64,000 nt of DNA from Nitrospirota bacterium (GTDB lineage Bacteria > Nitrospirota > UBA9217), in the NCBI GenBank assembly GCA_963663225.1, contig OY760142.1, positions 2,432,001 through 2,496,000 on the forward strand, written 5' to 3'. Below are positions 32,751 to 43,566 of the stretch, piece after piece. The notes under the pieces were generated by a model. That model saw only the letters and a list, made by a program, of their open reading frames with translations, searched no databases and was not told the origin of the DNA. The position numbers and the translations under genes were made by a program. Positions within the stretch are counted from its first letter, which is position 1, and the number at the start of each line of letters is the position of its first letter.

Positions 32751-32985
32751 ATGATCTCGATGTGTCGGCAGGTCGTTAAAATAGCAGAGTGGAGGGCTGA
32801 TTGTCAAGCTATTTTTCTCCCTGCCGAACCGGATTGCCATATTGGTTTTTTTATTTGCAATATATCCAATGCACATTTTTTTTAGTTCTATTTTTTTTCC
32901 CGGTTGTTTTCTCCTTCTTTTCATGAACATCTTGTATTGTAAGTGTTATTTTCTGCAACTCTTTTCGTCCTCAGAAAGTATTGCC

Positions 32986-33015
32986 TTGACTTTTAACCTG
33001 TAATTTTGGTAAAAT
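32986..33015 (+). promoter_or_regulatory. sigma70 promoter of the TPR-mglC unit
   Basis: TTGACT, 18 nt, TAAAAT with TG extension. Confidence 0.55.
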
Positions 33016-33047
33016 TTTTTGTATCAATTTGATAAGAAAAGAAAAAA

Positions 33048-34640
33048 ATGGCGAAAGAGACTTCCGAAATAGTCAAGCTGACAGAGCGCATCTCGAAGGA
33101 TCCAAAATCAAAGCTTTTTGTACCTCTTGCAGAGGAATATAAAAAAGCAGGCGATCTGGAGATGGCAATTTATGTGCTTACGGAAGGATTGAAAAACAAT
33201 CCCGGCTATATTACGGCACGGTCAATTTTAGGCAGACTTTTGCTTGACCAGGGAGACCTTGCCGGTGCCAAGAAAGAACTGGAAGAAGTCGTCAAGGTAA
33301 TTCCTGACAATCTTCTGGCCCAGCGGAAACTGGGGGACATTTGCGCCCGTCAGAACAATTCAAGCGAAGCACTGAAACATTATAAATCGGTTCTTGCGCT
33401 GAATCCACGCGATACCGAGGTGGCTTCGCTTATTTCAAAACTTGAGGCCGCCTTGAATGCTTCATCTCCGAAACCAGAGCCGGCCACTCCTCCTCCGCAA
33501 GAACGGCAGGAAGTAAAACTGCCGCAAGAAGTTGCATCTGTTTCGATTCCGCTGACGGCGCAAGTACAAACTGAGGCTCCTGTTGAGGCGGCTCCAATAC
33601 CTGTCGCTCCTCCAGCTGCGGCAGCGGAACCGGAACCGACTAATGTGGCCGAGCCGATGCGTCCAGCAGAACCCGTTTCGGAAGAAGTGCTTGCCCCAGT
33701 ATCCGCGGTGGAAAAACAGGAAGAAAAATCTGTGGAAAAAATGCAGGATCTGGAAAAATCCGATCTTGAATTGCTGACCGTAGATTTTGATCTGCCTTCA
33801 GAGCACGTAGAAAATCAGGAACCTTCTTCGGAAAAACTTGCCGAAATTGCCGCAACATCGCACGATCAACCCAACGAAAAAGACGCAACGAATGAACTCT
33901 TTCTTACGGAAGCTGATTTATTTGCTGAATCACTGCAGGAAGATACCTCGTCTTCATCAAAAGAATCAGACAGCTTTGTGTTGGAAGAACCCATTCCGGC
34001 GCAAAACCCACCGGTATCCCAGAAAATTCCAGCGGAGGAATCTTCAGAAAAATCCGATGATTTTACAACTGATACCCTGGCAGAGCTTTATATTGCACAG
34101 GGATTTTATGAAAAGGCAATCGACATCTATGAACGAATGTTGGTGGACAACCCGAACAGCAGCAAACTGAAAGATAAGCTGGATCGGGTAAAGGCCATGG
34201 TCCTCTCTTCTGCCGCTCCTGAACAGGAAGAAACACCAAAAGGCTCGGCGGATATTTTTGCCGAACCACAGGTATACAGTGCGCAGGAAGAACCGCCGAC
34301 CGGTTCTGAGAAAATATCGTTCTCCGCTGAACCATCAGACGAACCACCCGTTTTAGAAACAAAAGATATTCCTTTATCAGGAGAAGCATCGTCTCCAAGT
34401 GCATTTGCTGAACTCCCTGATCAGGAATTCGCCCAGGCGAAACCGGCATACACTGATTTTGAAGCAAGAGAGTACGTGCCGCCTGAACCGCAGCCGGAGT
34501 CACAACCGGAACCGCAGCCGAGTCCGGTAGAAACAAAGTCGGAGTTGGAGCATATTGCGTCCAAGTCGCCGACGACTCTCAGAAATGAAACCATACATCG
34601 TCTCGAAGCTTGGCTTAAGAATATCAAGAAGGAGACATAA
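33048..34640 (+). CDS. TPR protein with long acidic/Pro-rich disordered regions and C-terminal amphipathic helix
   Basis: N-terminal TPRs, E/P/S-rich linker, central TLAELYIAQG TPR, PEPQ repeats, RLEAWLKNI tail. Confidence 0.85.
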   Translation: MAKETSEIVKLTERISKDPKSKLFVPLAEEYKKAGDLEMAIYVLTEGLKNNPGYITARSILGRLLLDQGDLAGAKKELEEVVKVIPDNLLAQRKLGDICARQNNSSEALKHYKSVLALNPRDTEVASLISKLEAALNASSPKPEPATPPPQERQEVKLPQEVASVSIPLTAQVQTEAPVEAAPIPVAPPAAAAEPEPTNVAEPMRPAEPVSEEVLAPVSAVEKQEEKSVEKMQDLEKSDLELLTVDFDLPSEHVENQEPSSEKLAEIAATSHDQPNEKDATNELFLTEADLFAESLQEDTSSSSKESDSFVLEEPIPAQNPPVSQKIPAEESSEKSDDFTTDTLAELYIAQGFYEKAIDIYERMLVDNPNSSKLKDKLDRVKAMVLSSAAPEQEETPKGSADIFAEPQVYSAQEEPPTGSEKISFSAEPSDEPPVLETKDIPLSGEASSPSAFAELPDQEFAQAKPAYTDFEAREYVPPEPQPESQPEPQPSPVETKSELEHIASKSPTTLRNETIHRLEAWLKNIKKET

Positions 34641-34997
34641 ATGTCCTTTTCCGACATTATCAGGCAGGTAGTTAATGGTACGGAAGGGGCGCTTGGCGCT
34701 CTTGTCGTCGGGCTTGACGGCATCCCGGTTGAAGAATATACCGTAAGCTCCGATATGGATTTACGGTCAATGACTATTGAATATTCTTCGCTTTTGAAAG
34801 AAATTGAGAAAGGATCCCAAATATCAGATATGGGGTCCACGAAGGAAGTAACGGTTATTGCGGACAAAGCAATGATTATGCTCCGCAGGCTCAACAGTGA
34901 ATACTTTTTTGTTCTTATTTTGAAACCCGAGGGGAACTTCGGCAAAGGGCGTTTCCTTCTTCGGATGTCCGTTCCGAAACTGCTCAAAGAGTTTTAA
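34641..34997 (+). CDS. mglC: roadblock/LC7 protein, MglC-like
   Basis: MSF...VV...EGA...GLDGI (FDI-surface equivalent), GNFGKGRF; conserved position upstream of efp-accBC. Confidence 0.75.
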   Translation: MSFSDIIRQVVNGTEGALGALVVGLDGIPVEEYTVSSDMDLRSMTIEYSSLLKEIEKGSQISDMGSTKEVTVIADKAMIMLRRLNSEYFFVLILKPEGNFGKGRFLLRMSVPKLLKEF

Positions 34998-35026
34998 GCA
35001 GGATTTTTTTCATTCATCTGCGTGCC

Positions 35027-35052
35027 AAACTGCCTTGGGCAGTTTTTATTTT
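35027..35052 (+). terminator. intrinsic terminator after mglC
   Basis: AAACTGCC-TTG-GGCAGTTT hairpin followed by TTATTTT. Confidence 0.6.
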
Positions 35053-35065
35053 CTGTGGGGGTGCC

Positions 35066-35512
35066 ATGAAGATATTAGTGCTTCACGGGCCGAATTTGAA
35101 TCTTCTCGGCAAGCGGGAGCCGGATGTTTACGGCTCTGTAACGCTTGACGATATCAATAAAAGAATTTCTGCACTGGCCGGAGAATTGGGTGTGGACGTG
35201 TCCTTTTTCCAGTCAAACCATGAGGGAGAACTGGTTCAGAAAATCCAGGACGCTATGGGTGTTTTTCAAGCCATCGTAATCAATCCGGCTGCCTATACGC
35301 ATACCAGCGTTGCGATTCGTGATGCCATATCTTCACTGGACATCCCGGTTATCGAGACGCATATTTCCAACATCTATAAGCGTGAAAAATTCCGTCATCA
35401 TTCGTTCATTTCGGGTGTCGCCGTTGGACAGATCGCCGGATTCGGACCGGAGAGCTATCTTCTTGCAGTACGAGCTGCTGCCGGGCTCGCGAAGGACGGC
35501 AGCAAGAAGTGA
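35066..35512 (+). CDS. aroQ: type II 3-dehydroquinate dehydratase
   Basis: [27 protein letters not shown]. Confidence 0.96.
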   Translation: MKILVLHGPNLNLLGKREPDVYGSVTLDDINKRISALAGELGVDVSFFQSNHEGELVQKIQDAMGVFQAIVINPAAYTHTSVAIRDAISSLDIPVIETHISNIYKREKFRHHSFISGVAVGQIAGFGPESYLLAVRAAAGLAKDGSKK

Positions 35513-36594
35513 AACAGAGACCGGAACAAGGCCGGACATCCCGGCTCAAACGCGTGCTGAAAAGTTATGACTTCCACGCTTTTCTCGTGACTCGCCGTGA
35601 AGATGTCCGTTATCTTTCAGGGTTCACCGGTTCAGCGGGCAGCCTTCTGATTTCCGCCGACAGGTCTTTTCTGATCACTGATTTTCGCTATAAACTTCAG
35701 GCCCGCCTTGAGACCAGGGGATTTGCAGTTCATATCCAGAAAACGGATTTTTTTACAGCACTTCGGGACATAGCGGACCACGCAGGCTTGATCAAGATCG
35801 GTTTTGATGAGTCAGCCGTTACGGTGGAACAACTGAAGAAGCTCAAAAAACAAGGAGTCTCTTTAAAAGGCTGCCGGGATATCGTTGGACCGCTCAGGAA
35901 GCAAAAAGACGAGCACGAGCTGGCAAATATACGCCTTGCTGTTAAGCGGGCGGAGCAGTCTTTTCGTGAGCTAAAAAAATATATCAAGCCGGGCATTACC
36001 GAGCGTGAAATTGGCCTGAAACTTGAACACATCATGAGAGAGCATGGATCGAGAAAACCGGCATTCGATACGATTGTGGCATCCGCGCGCAATGGCGCCA
36101 TGCCGCACGCGTCGACTACCAACCGGCGTTTGAAAACTGGCGATCTGGTTACGATTGATTTCGGAGCAGAAGCGAACGGGTATTTCAGCGATATAACAAG
36201 AACGTTCTGTCTGGGAAAACCGTCTGCCAGGCAGCAGGAAATCCATTCCCTGGTTTTACATGCACAGGCATCCGCAATCAAGGCGATCCGTCCCGGCGTC
36301 ACTTGCAAATGTATCGATGACGGAGCGCGGGATATTATCGAAAAAGCAGGTTATGGGAAATATTTTGGCCATGGCACCGGTCACGGCGTAGGTCTTATGG
36401 TTCATGAAGAGCCTACCATTTCATTCCGGTCCCAAGACCGAGTTACTCAAAATATGGTTTTTACTGTCGAGCCAGGTGTATACATTCCCGGATGGGGCGG
36501 CGTAAGAATTGAAGATATGGTTCTAGTGACGGATACGGGCATGAATGTCTTAACCACGTTGCCGAGAGAGCTTGATGGGCTTGCACGGTTATAA
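35509..36594 (+). CDS. Xaa-Pro aminopeptidase (M24B)
   Basis: Creatinase_N domain, [25 protein letters not shown]. Confidence 0.93.
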   Translation: MKQRPEQGRTSRLKRVLKSYDFHAFLVTRREDVRYLSGFTGSAGSLLISADRSFLITDFRYKLQARLETRGFAVHIQKTDFFTALRDIADHAGLIKIGFDESAVTVEQLKKLKKQGVSLKGCRDIVGPLRKQKDEHELANIRLAVKRAEQSFRELKKYIKPGITEREIGLKLEHIMREHGSRKPAFDTIVASARNGAMPHASTTNRRLKTGDLVTIDFGAEANGYFSDITRTFCLGKPSARQQEIHSLVLHAQASAIKAIRPGVTCKCIDDGARDIIEKAGYGKYFGHGTGHGVGLMVHEEPTISFRSQDRVTQNMVFTVEPGVYIPGWGGVRIEDMVLVTDTGMNVLTTLPRELDGLARL

Positions 36595-36676
36595 TGTTAC
36601 CGGATCAGAATTTGTAAAAAGCTATTTGTGCTAACCCCGCATACGGGGCGGCATTGCCTGCAATGAGGGAAGTATC

Positions 36677-37459
36677 GTGGATTTAGAATCTATTCAAAAA
36701 ATCGTGGATGATTTTTGTCTGCACAGTCCGCTGAACGTAATAGAGGAGCTTGGTTCCCTGAAGATTTTTGAACACCCGCTGGTGTCAGTCGCCTCGGCGG
36801 AAGACGGTCTCTTCGATGAACTGAAAAAAGACGATATTGTAGGACCTCAGCACCTGTCTCCGAAAGAATGGCTGGCAAGCGGCAGGGCAGTGATTGTTTA
36901 TTTTTTGCCTTTTACCGAACGAATTCGCAAAGCAAACCGGGCAGCTAATCTACCGGCCCGTGAATGGCTGTATGGCCGTATTGAAGGCGAGCAATTTAGC
37001 GTCGCATTGCGAAAATATCTTGTTCAATGGTTTTTAGAGCAGAACTATGAAGCCCTGGCACCGACCTTGGACGGACGCTTTACGGTGACGAACCGAAGAA
37101 GCAACTGGTCGGAAAGACATGTTGCGTATGTTGCGGGACTGGGGACACTCAGCCTGAGTTGCTCGCTTATTACCATGCAGGGATCAGCGGGCCGGCTGGG
37201 CAGCATTATTGCCAGCGCCGAGCTTTCTCCGACGAAACGTTTCTACAAGACGAAGGATGAACACTGCACTCAATGCGGCGCGTGCATAGTAAGATGCCCT
37301 CCGCTTGCAATCAATGAACACGGCAAAGACCATGCTGTTTGTTCGGATTACCTTGATCGTGTTCTGGCGCGGTATCGTCCCCGGTACGGCTGCGGAAAAT
37401 GCCAGACCGGGGTGCCTTGTGAGGACCGGATTCCGCTCAGCACAGGGCATCGGCCATGA
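36677..37459 (+). CDS. QueG/epoxyqueuosine reductase-like 4Fe-4S protein
   Basis: WSERHVAYVAGLG, GRLGS, CxxCxxCxxxCP and CGKCQ..VPC. Confidence 0.78.
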   Translation: MDLESIQKIVDDFCLHSPLNVIEELGSLKIFEHPLVSVASAEDGLFDELKKDDIVGPQHLSPKEWLASGRAVIVYFLPFTERIRKANRAANLPAREWLYGRIEGEQFSVALRKYLVQWFLEQNYEALAPTLDGRFTVTNRRSNWSERHVAYVAGLGTLSLSCSLITMQGSAGRLGSIIASAELSPTKRFYKTKDEHCTQCGACIVRCPPLAINEHGKDHAVCSDYLDRVLARYRPRYGCGKCQTGVPCEDRIPLSTGHRP

Positions 37460-37525
37460 GATAAATTAATTCTTATTTACAAGTCAGCATAACTACGGAA
37501 AGAAGGAAAGGAAGGGAACAAGAAC

Positions 37526-38092
37526 GTGCCGGTATCTACTGCAGAATTTAGAAATGGATTAAAAATTGAGATTGACGGGGAACCTTATGTTATTGTGGAG
37601 TTTCAGCATGTGAAACCCGGCAAAGGCGGGGCTTTTGTGAGAACAAAAATAAAAAGCCTCAGAACGGGAAACGTGATCGACCGTACCTATCGTTCGGGTG
37701 AGAAGGTTGATGTCCCCCAGCTGGAAGAAAAAACAATGCAGTATCTTTATGCGGCGGACAAAGACCGCGTCTTCATGGATACAACCTCCTATGAACAGGT
37801 TTCCATGAACGAACAGCAGCTCGGCGACAGCATTAACTACCTTAAAGAAAATATGGAAATTAAAGTTCTGTATTATAAAAATCGCCCTATTAATATTGAT
37901 GTGCCGATGTTTGTGGAACTGGCAATTGCCGAAACAGAACCTGGGGTGCGGGGCGACACGGCATCGGGCGGGTCGAAGCCAGCCACCCTTGAGACAGGTG
38001 CAGTGGTCAAGGTGCCGTTCTATCTGAATGAGGGTGACATCGTAAAAATTGACACCCGCACCGGAACATTTATTGAACGAGTAAAGAAATGA
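37526..38092 (+). CDS. efp: elongation factor P
   Basis: HVKPGKGGAF, PGVRGDT, DTRTG. Confidence 0.97.
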   Translation: MPVSTAEFRNGLKIEIDGEPYVIVEFQHVKPGKGGAFVRTKIKSLRTGNVIDRTYRSGEKVDVPQLEEKTMQYLYAADKDRVFMDTTSYEQVSMNEQQLGDSINYLKENMEIKVLYYKNRPINIDVPMFVELAIAETEPGVRGDTASGGSKPATLETGAVVKVPFYLNEGDIVKIDTRTGTFIERVKK

Positions 38093-38136
38093 GCTCTGCC
38101 CGGCGCCAATCCGACGATGAAAAAAAAGGAGTGGTC

Positions 38137-38607
38137 ATGAACCTGAAAGAAATCAAAGAACTGATAGAAATGCTGAAGGGCACCGACATCTCGGAACTGG
38201 AAGTGGAGCGTTCCGGAGTAAAGGTAAAGCTACGAAAAGGCGGTGAGGTGACATTACATCAACCCGTTCCACGAGCGGAATATCAATATCCCCCGGTTCT
38301 TGTTCCGATGAAACCGGAGACTCCGATGCCGGCGGCAGAAAAACCGGCAGAAACGACCAAAGCAAATCAGACTGTGGTGACAGCGCCCATTGTTGGGACG
38401 TTCTACCGCGCATCAGCACCGGACAAGCCGCCCTACGTGCAAGCCGGCGACATTGTGAAAAAAGGCCAGGTGCTGTGCATCATTGAAGCGATGAAGCTTA
38501 TGAATGAGATCGAATCAGAATCTACCGGAAAGATTGTCCAAATCACCGTAGAAAACGGCCAACCCGTAGAATACGGGCAGACGCTTTTTGTGATTGAACC
38601 GGCGTAA
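38137..38607 (+). CDS. accB: biotin carboxyl carrier protein
   Basis: PIVGTFY, EAMKLMNEI; SD AAGGAG ahead of ATG 38137. Confidence 0.96.
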   Translation: MNLKEIKELIEMLKGTDISELEVERSGVKVKLRKGGEVTLHQPVPRAEYQYPPVLVPMKPETPMPAAEKPAETTKANQTVVTAPIVGTFYRASAPDKPPYVQAGDIVKKGQVLCIIEAMKLMNEIESESTGKIVQITVENGQPVEYGQTLFVIEPA

Positions 38608-38655
38608 AGCAGTACTGTTCTCGAACTGTGAAAATACGATTCAAGGAGTAATTGC

Positions 38656-40002
38656 GTGTTCAAAAAAATTTTAGTCGCCAATCGCGGCGAAATCGCACTC
38701 CGTATTATACGTGCCTGCAAGGATATGGGCATCAGGACGGTTGCAGTGCATTCCACTGCTGATGCAAATTCACTCCATGTTCGGTTTGCCGATGAGAGCG
38801 TGTGCATTGGTCCGCCGAAAAGTGCGGACAGCTACCTTAACGTGCCTGCCATTATTAGTGCGGCCGAAATTACTGACGCAGAAGCAATCCACCCCGGCTA
38901 CGGTTTTCTTGCCGAAAATGCCAGTTTTGCGGAAATCTGCAATTCTACCGGAATTCGGTTTATCGGTCCGAGCCCTGAAAGTATCAAGCTCATGGGGGAC
39001 AAAGCCAAAGCGCGCGAAACGGTAAAAAAGTCGGGAGTCCCCGTGCTTCCGGGCAGCGACGGCATTGTGACGGAGGAAAACAGCGCTGTTGAAATAGCCC
39101 GTGAACTCGGTTTTCCGGTGATCGTCAAGGCAGCGGCAGGCGGAGGCGGCAAAGGGATGCGGGTGGTGATGGAAGAGGCGGAGTTCGGGAATGCCTTTAT
39201 CATGGCCCAGACCGAAGCGCTGGCCGCTTTCAGCAATGCCGATGTGTATATTGAAAAATACATTCTGCAGCCTCGCCATATAGAAATACAGCTGATGGCT
39301 GACGAAAAAGGGAATGCGGTATATCTTGGCGAACGGGAGTGCTCTATTCAGCGCCGGCACCAGAAACTGATAGAAGAAGCGCCATCCGTCATTGTGGATG
39401 AAAACCTGAGAAGAAAGATGGGCGAAATGGCAGTTGCCGTTGCTAAGAGAGTGAAATACCGCAACGCAGGCACCATAGAGTTTCTGATGGATGAGAACAG
39501 AAATTTCTATTTTATGGAAATGAACACGAGGATACAAGTCGAACATCCCGTGACCGAAATGGTGACCGGCATCGACCTCGTCAAGGAGCAGATCCGGGTT
39601 GCCGCCGGCTTGCCTCTTTCTTTCACACAAGATCAAGTCAGCATAAAAGGGCACAGCATCGAGTGCAGAATTAACGCAGAATGTCCGGAAAAGTTTACAC
39701 CGTGCCCGGGAAAAGTGACCGCCTTTAATCCTCCTGGCGGACCGGGTGTGCGGGTCGACACGGCGGCGTACACGCAGTATGTGATTCCGCCGTATTACGA
39801 TTCTCTGATCGCAAAGCTGATTGTGCATGCTGAGACCAGAGAGGATGCTATTGTTAAGATGAACCGGGCACTTGATGAATTCATTGTTGAAGGTGTTAAA
39901 ACAACCATTCCGGTGCACAAGAAGATTCTTGCAGAACAGGATTTTCAACAGGGGAACATTTCCACCAAATTTATGGAGCGGTATAATGTTTCCGCCAAAT
40001 AA
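38656..40002 (+). CDS. accC: biotin carboxylase
   Basis: [32 protein letters not shown]. Confidence 0.97.
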   Translation: MFKKILVANRGEIALRIIRACKDMGIRTVAVHSTADANSLHVRFADESVCIGPPKSADSYLNVPAIISAAEITDAEAIHPGYGFLAENASFAEICNSTGIRFIGPSPESIKLMGDKAKARETVKKSGVPVLPGSDGIVTEENSAVEIARELGFPVIVKAAAGGGGKGMRVVMEEAEFGNAFIMAQTEALAAFSNADVYIEKYILQPRHIEIQLMADEKGNAVYLGERECSIQRRHQKLIEEAPSVIVDENLRRKMGEMAVAVAKRVKYRNAGTIEFLMDENRNFYFMEMNTRIQVEHPVTEMVTGIDLVKEQIRVAAGLPLSFTQDQVSIKGHSIECRINAECPEKFTPCPGKVTAFNPPGGPGVRVDTAAYTQYVIPPYYDSLIAKLIVHAETREDAIVKMNRALDEFIVEGVKTTIPVHKKILAEQDFQQGNISTKFMERYNVSAK

Positions 40003-40648
40003 ATTATCAGGGCTGTGCCTCATCATCGATCAGGACATGCTTCGCACGGAACCTGAGCAGGCCATGCAACAGGCTCTGTCTGCTGGCGTGACTTTTTTCC
40101 AATACCGGAATAAACAAGGAACGCGAAAAGCGATTTATGAAATATCCTTGCAGCTTGCCCGATTGGCCCGCACGGCAGGCGCCCTGTTCGTCGTAAACGA
40201 CCACACGGACATCGCGGCCGCGGTAGATGCGGATGGCGTCCACTTAGGGCAGGATGATCTTCCCCTCGTCTGTGCGCGGAAGCTGTTGGGGAGTAAAAAA
40301 ATCATCGGGATATCGACCCATACTGTTGAACAGGCGCGGGAAGCTGAGGCGGCAGGAGCCGACTATATTGGATTCGGGGCAGTATTCCCAACGCCGACAA
40401 AGGAAGAGGCTGTTGCGCACGGACTTGAACTGCTGTCTGCCGTGAAAAAGGCCGTTTCAATTCCCGTTGTCGCGATTGGCGGCATTAATCAACAGAATAT
40501 TCAAAAAATTGTGGAAGCAGGTGCTGACGGTGCAGCAGTTATTTCGGCAGTACTGTCCGCTCCCAATATAAAACAGGCGGCTGAAGAACTGATTCATGGC
40601 ATGCATGAAACAGGAACCGGAAGCCGGAAGGTCAGAGGCGTTTCATGA
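39986..40648 (+). CDS. thiE: thiamine-phosphate synthase
   Basis: [27 protein letters not shown]. Confidence 0.93.
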   Translation: MFPPNKLSGLCLIIDQDMLRTEPEQAMQQALSAGVTFFQYRNKQGTRKAIYEISLQLARLARTAGALFVVNDHTDIAAAVDADGVHLGQDDLPLVCARKLLGSKKIIGISTHTVEQAREAEAAGADYIGFGAVFPTPTKEEAVAHGLELLSAVKKAVSIPVVAIGGINQQNIQKIVEAGADGAAVISAVLSAPNIKQAAEELIHGMHETGTGSRKVRGVS

Positions 40649-41748
40649 AAAAAATCATCTCTCTTATAGTGCTCATTCTTTTTGGCATGATGGCAGGATG
40701 CTCACGCCAAAACGAAAATATTGTCAAAATCGGCGCAGCAGGACCCATGACGGGAAGTGAAAGCAAAATGGGTTTGGACCTTAAAAACGGGGTTGAACTC
40801 GCCATATCTGAATGGAACGCAAAAGGCGGCGTTCTCGGCAAAAAGATCGAACTGGTGGTGGGAGACGATGCTGCGGACCCTAAACAGGCAGTGTCCATAG
40901 CAAACAAATTCGTAAACCAGAAGGTAGATGCCGTTGTTGGCCACTGGAATTCGAACTGTTCCATCAATGCGTCTCCTTTTTATCATACGGCAAAGATCGT
41001 CATGGTCAGTCCGGCGACGACCAACCCTCGCCTGACGCTGCAAGGGTTTAAAACGGTCTTCCGCGTTTGCGGTACTGATGAACAGCAGGGCAGTGTGGCG
41101 GCCCAATTTGTTCTCGGCAAATTGAAGTTGAAGAAAGTTGCGGTTATCCATGATCAGACAACGTACGGACGCGGTTTGGCTGATATTTTTAAAAAGGCCC
41201 TTGGCGATAAAGTGCAAGTCGTTTATTACGGCGGAGTCGCACCGGGAGACCCCGATTATAAAGCGGTGCTTACTTCGATAAAGGAAAATAAACCGGAGCT
41301 GTATTTTTTCGGCGGAGTTTATCCTGAGGCAGGCAGACTCGTGCGACAGGCGAAAGAGATCGGGATGAACATACCAATGCTGACCGGCGACGGTGTTTAT
41401 GATCCGACGTTCCTGCAAATAGCGGGAAAAGCTGCAGAGGGAACGTATGTGACGTTTGGAAAGGAACCCTTGGGGCTTGCTTCGGCCAGGTCATTTTTGC
41501 AGAATTATAAAACAAAATACGGTGAACCCGGTCCCTATTCGATCTATGCGTATGATGCGGCAAACATTCTTCTGCAATCAATTGCGGCGGCGAATACCAC
41601 CGACGGAACCAAAGTCGCCGAGCATATAGCAAAATCGACGTTTCAGGGGGCGTTCGGAACCATATCATTTGATCAGCATGGGGACGTGGCGACAGCTCCC
41701 TATGTCGTATGGCAGGTAAGAAACGGCCAGTTTAAACAGCTCCAGTAA
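40645..41748 (+). CDS. branched-chain amino acid ABC transporter substrate-binding lipoprotein (LivJ/K family)
   Basis: Lipobox MAGC, GPMTG, DDAADP, GHWNS, YAYDA. Confidence 0.9.
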   Translation: MKKIISLIVLILFGMMAGCSRQNENIVKIGAAGPMTGSESKMGLDLKNGVELAISEWNAKGGVLGKKIELVVGDDAADPKQAVSIANKFVNQKVDAVVGHWNSNCSINASPFYHTAKIVMVSPATTNPRLTLQGFKTVFRVCGTDEQQGSVAAQFVLGKLKLKKVAVIHDQTTYGRGLADIFKKALGDKVQVVYYGGVAPGDPDYKAVLTSIKENKPELYFFGGVYPEAGRLVRQAKEIGMNIPMLTGDGVYDPTFLQIAGKAAEGTYVTFGKEPLGLASARSFLQNYKTKYGEPGPYSIYAYDAANILLQSIAAANTTDGTKVAEHIAKSTFQGAFGTISFDQHGDVATAPYVVWQVRNGQFKQLQ

Positions 41749-41767
41749 ACCAAAAGGTATTTGAAGT

Positions 41768-42670
41768 ATGTTTACCCAGCAGCTTATCAACGGGCTCGCT
41801 TTGGGCGCAGTCTATGCTCTCATAGCGCTCGGTTACACCATGGTTTACGGCATTCTCCAGCTCATCAATTTTGCTCATGGTGAAGTATATATGCTCGGTG
41901 CGTACGTGGGCATTATCATGCTGGGTGTGCTGACTGCACTGGGATTGCCCTCCTTTAGTTTGCCGCTTTCGATTGCAATCGCTATCCTTGCCGCCATGTT
42001 TTTTTGCGCTTCCTACGGAGCCGTGATCGAACGGGCTGCATACCGTCCTCTCCGGAATGCAGCCAAACTTGCACCGCTCATCAACGCCGTTGGCGTCTCA
42101 ATAGTTCTTCAGAATGTTGTAATGCTTGCTCAGGGAAAAGAGTATAAAAACCTTCCTCCCATGCTTCCTTCAGAAGGCATGAACATTTTCGGCGCGAACA
42201 TGTCCCCGGTACAAATATTCATTCTGACCGCTTCCGTTCTGATCATGACAGCCCTCCATCTGTTTATTACGAAAACAAGGTTGGGAAAGGCGATGCGGGC
42301 GACATCCCAGGACCGCATTATGGCGGGGCTGGTCGGTATTGATATCAACCGGATCATTTCTGTTACTTTTATGATCGGTTCCGCACTTGCCGCAGTGGGC
42401 GGCGTTATGGTGACGCTGTACTACGGCGTTGTACATTTTTTCATGGGTTATATCGCGGGGGTCAAGGCATTTACTGCCGCCGTGCTGGGGGGGATCGGCA
42501 GCATTCCCGGGGCAATGCTCGGCGGGTTCATGCTGGGACTTATTGAAAATTTTGGCGCAAGTTATTTGTCAAGCGTCTATAAAGACGCTTTTGCATTCAT
42601 TGTTCTTATTATTACCCTGATCATCCGCCCTGCAGGTCTCCTCGGGGAAAAAAATGTTGATAAAGTATGA
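41768..42670 (+). CDS. livH: branched-chain amino acid ABC permease
   Basis: YALIALGYTMVYGIL..INFAHG, GKAMRA, GGIGS. Confidence 0.92.
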   Translation: MFTQQLINGLALGAVYALIALGYTMVYGILQLINFAHGEVYMLGAYVGIIMLGVLTALGLPSFSLPLSIAIAILAAMFFCASYGAVIERAAYRPLRNAAKLAPLINAVGVSIVLQNVVMLAQGKEYKNLPPMLPSEGMNIFGANMSPVQIFILTASVLIMTALHLFITKTRLGKAMRATSQDRIMAGLVGIDINRIISVTFMIGSALAAVGGVMVTLYYGVVHFFMGYIAGVKAFTAAVLGGIGSIPGAMLGGFMLGLIENFGASYLSSVYKDAFAFIVLIITLIIRPAGLLGEKNVDKV

Positions 42671-42713
42671 TCCCGTGCGCTTGGACAGCATTGAGGCGCT
42701 TAGTTCCCGGTTT

Positions 42714-43493
42714 TTAAGTTTCAATCAGGGACTTGATGTCCGATAGTTTTTCCTCCACAGCTTTTTTACCCCGCCGGAGCAGTTCTTTCGGTTTTGAAAG
42801 ATCGTGCAAGGCAATTCCCTTGGCATTGACCTGAATAACGGCGTCCGCCAGTTTTTCTTCTTCCCGTGCGTTTTTGGCTGCCCAAAGAGCCGACAGGTGC
42901 ATGGCAATTGTAAAGATCGTATCATACTGTTCTAATTCCAGGGCTTTATCATTAACATTCACCGCAATGACTTTGTCCACGCCTAATTCCTCGCGCACCG
43001 TTTTGACCGGTACCAGGCTTGCCACGCCTCCGTCGATTAGCATCTTTTTGTTGATTTCCGTGGGAGTAAAGATAATTGGCAGGCTGCAGCTTGCCTGGAC
43101 AGCTTTTGCCAGAGAGCCGCTGGTAATGCTGACTTTCTCTCCGGTGTGAAGATCAGCAGCGACGGCGGCAAAAGGAACAGTCAGGGAAGAAAACTTCTTG
43201 ACCGGCAGTATCCGCTCCATAAAATGAAAAATTCCTTCGCTGGACACTAGCCCTTTTTTGGGAAGAGTAAATTTCAGGAGGTTGTTCCAATTTGTTTTGA
43301 GTGCGATGCGCTTGATTTCAGAAATCGGCATGCCGGCGGCATACAAGGCGCCGACCATGCTGCCGACGCTGGTACCTGCGATCGCGCGAATGGGGATATT
43401 TTGACGTTCTAAAACGTCCAAAACCGCGATATGCGCTATACCGCGTGCGGCCCCACCGGAGAGCGCCAGCCCGAGTCCCGAGTGTTTCCTCAT
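42714..43493 (-). CDS. patatin-like phospholipase (RssA/NTE-type)
   Basis: GGAARG, GTSVG, DGG. Confidence 0.92.
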   Translation of the reverse strand: MRKHSGLGLALSGGAARGIAHIAVLDVLERQNIPIRAIAGTSVGSMVGALYAAGMPISEIKRIALKTNWNNLLKFTLPKKGLVSSEGIFHFMERILPVKKFSSLTVPFAAVAADLHTGEKVSITSGSLAKAVQASCSLPIIFTPTEINKKMLIDGGVASLVPVKTVREELGVDKVIAVNVNDKALELEQYDTIFTIAMHLSALWAAKNAREEEKLADAVIQVNAKGIALHDLSKPKELLRRGKKAVEEKLSDIKSLIET

Positions 43494-43566
43494 TGCCCCG
43501 CAACCCTGTTCCAGCCTCTGCTACTGTTGTTGATATGCGGCACGAGGGATAGAAAATCAGGCATCT

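Noticed and set aside
32472-32930. 152-aa minus-strand ORF
   Set aside because: Runs through tRNA-Phe and overlaps purF; spurious
32603-33047. tRNA-Phe as an integration site
   Set aside because: No integrase, no duplicated tRNA 3' end, and core genes on both sides
34480-34525. Short tandem repeat (GAACCGCAGCCG) as a DNA repeat element
   Set aside because: Encodes the low-complexity PEPQ linker in frame; not CRISPR or a VNTR array
38770-40026. 418-aa antisense ORF over accC, and similar shadow ORFs over eno, ribBA, livK and pilB
   Set aside because: Antisense frames of conserved genes with no recognisable motifs; explained by codon bias
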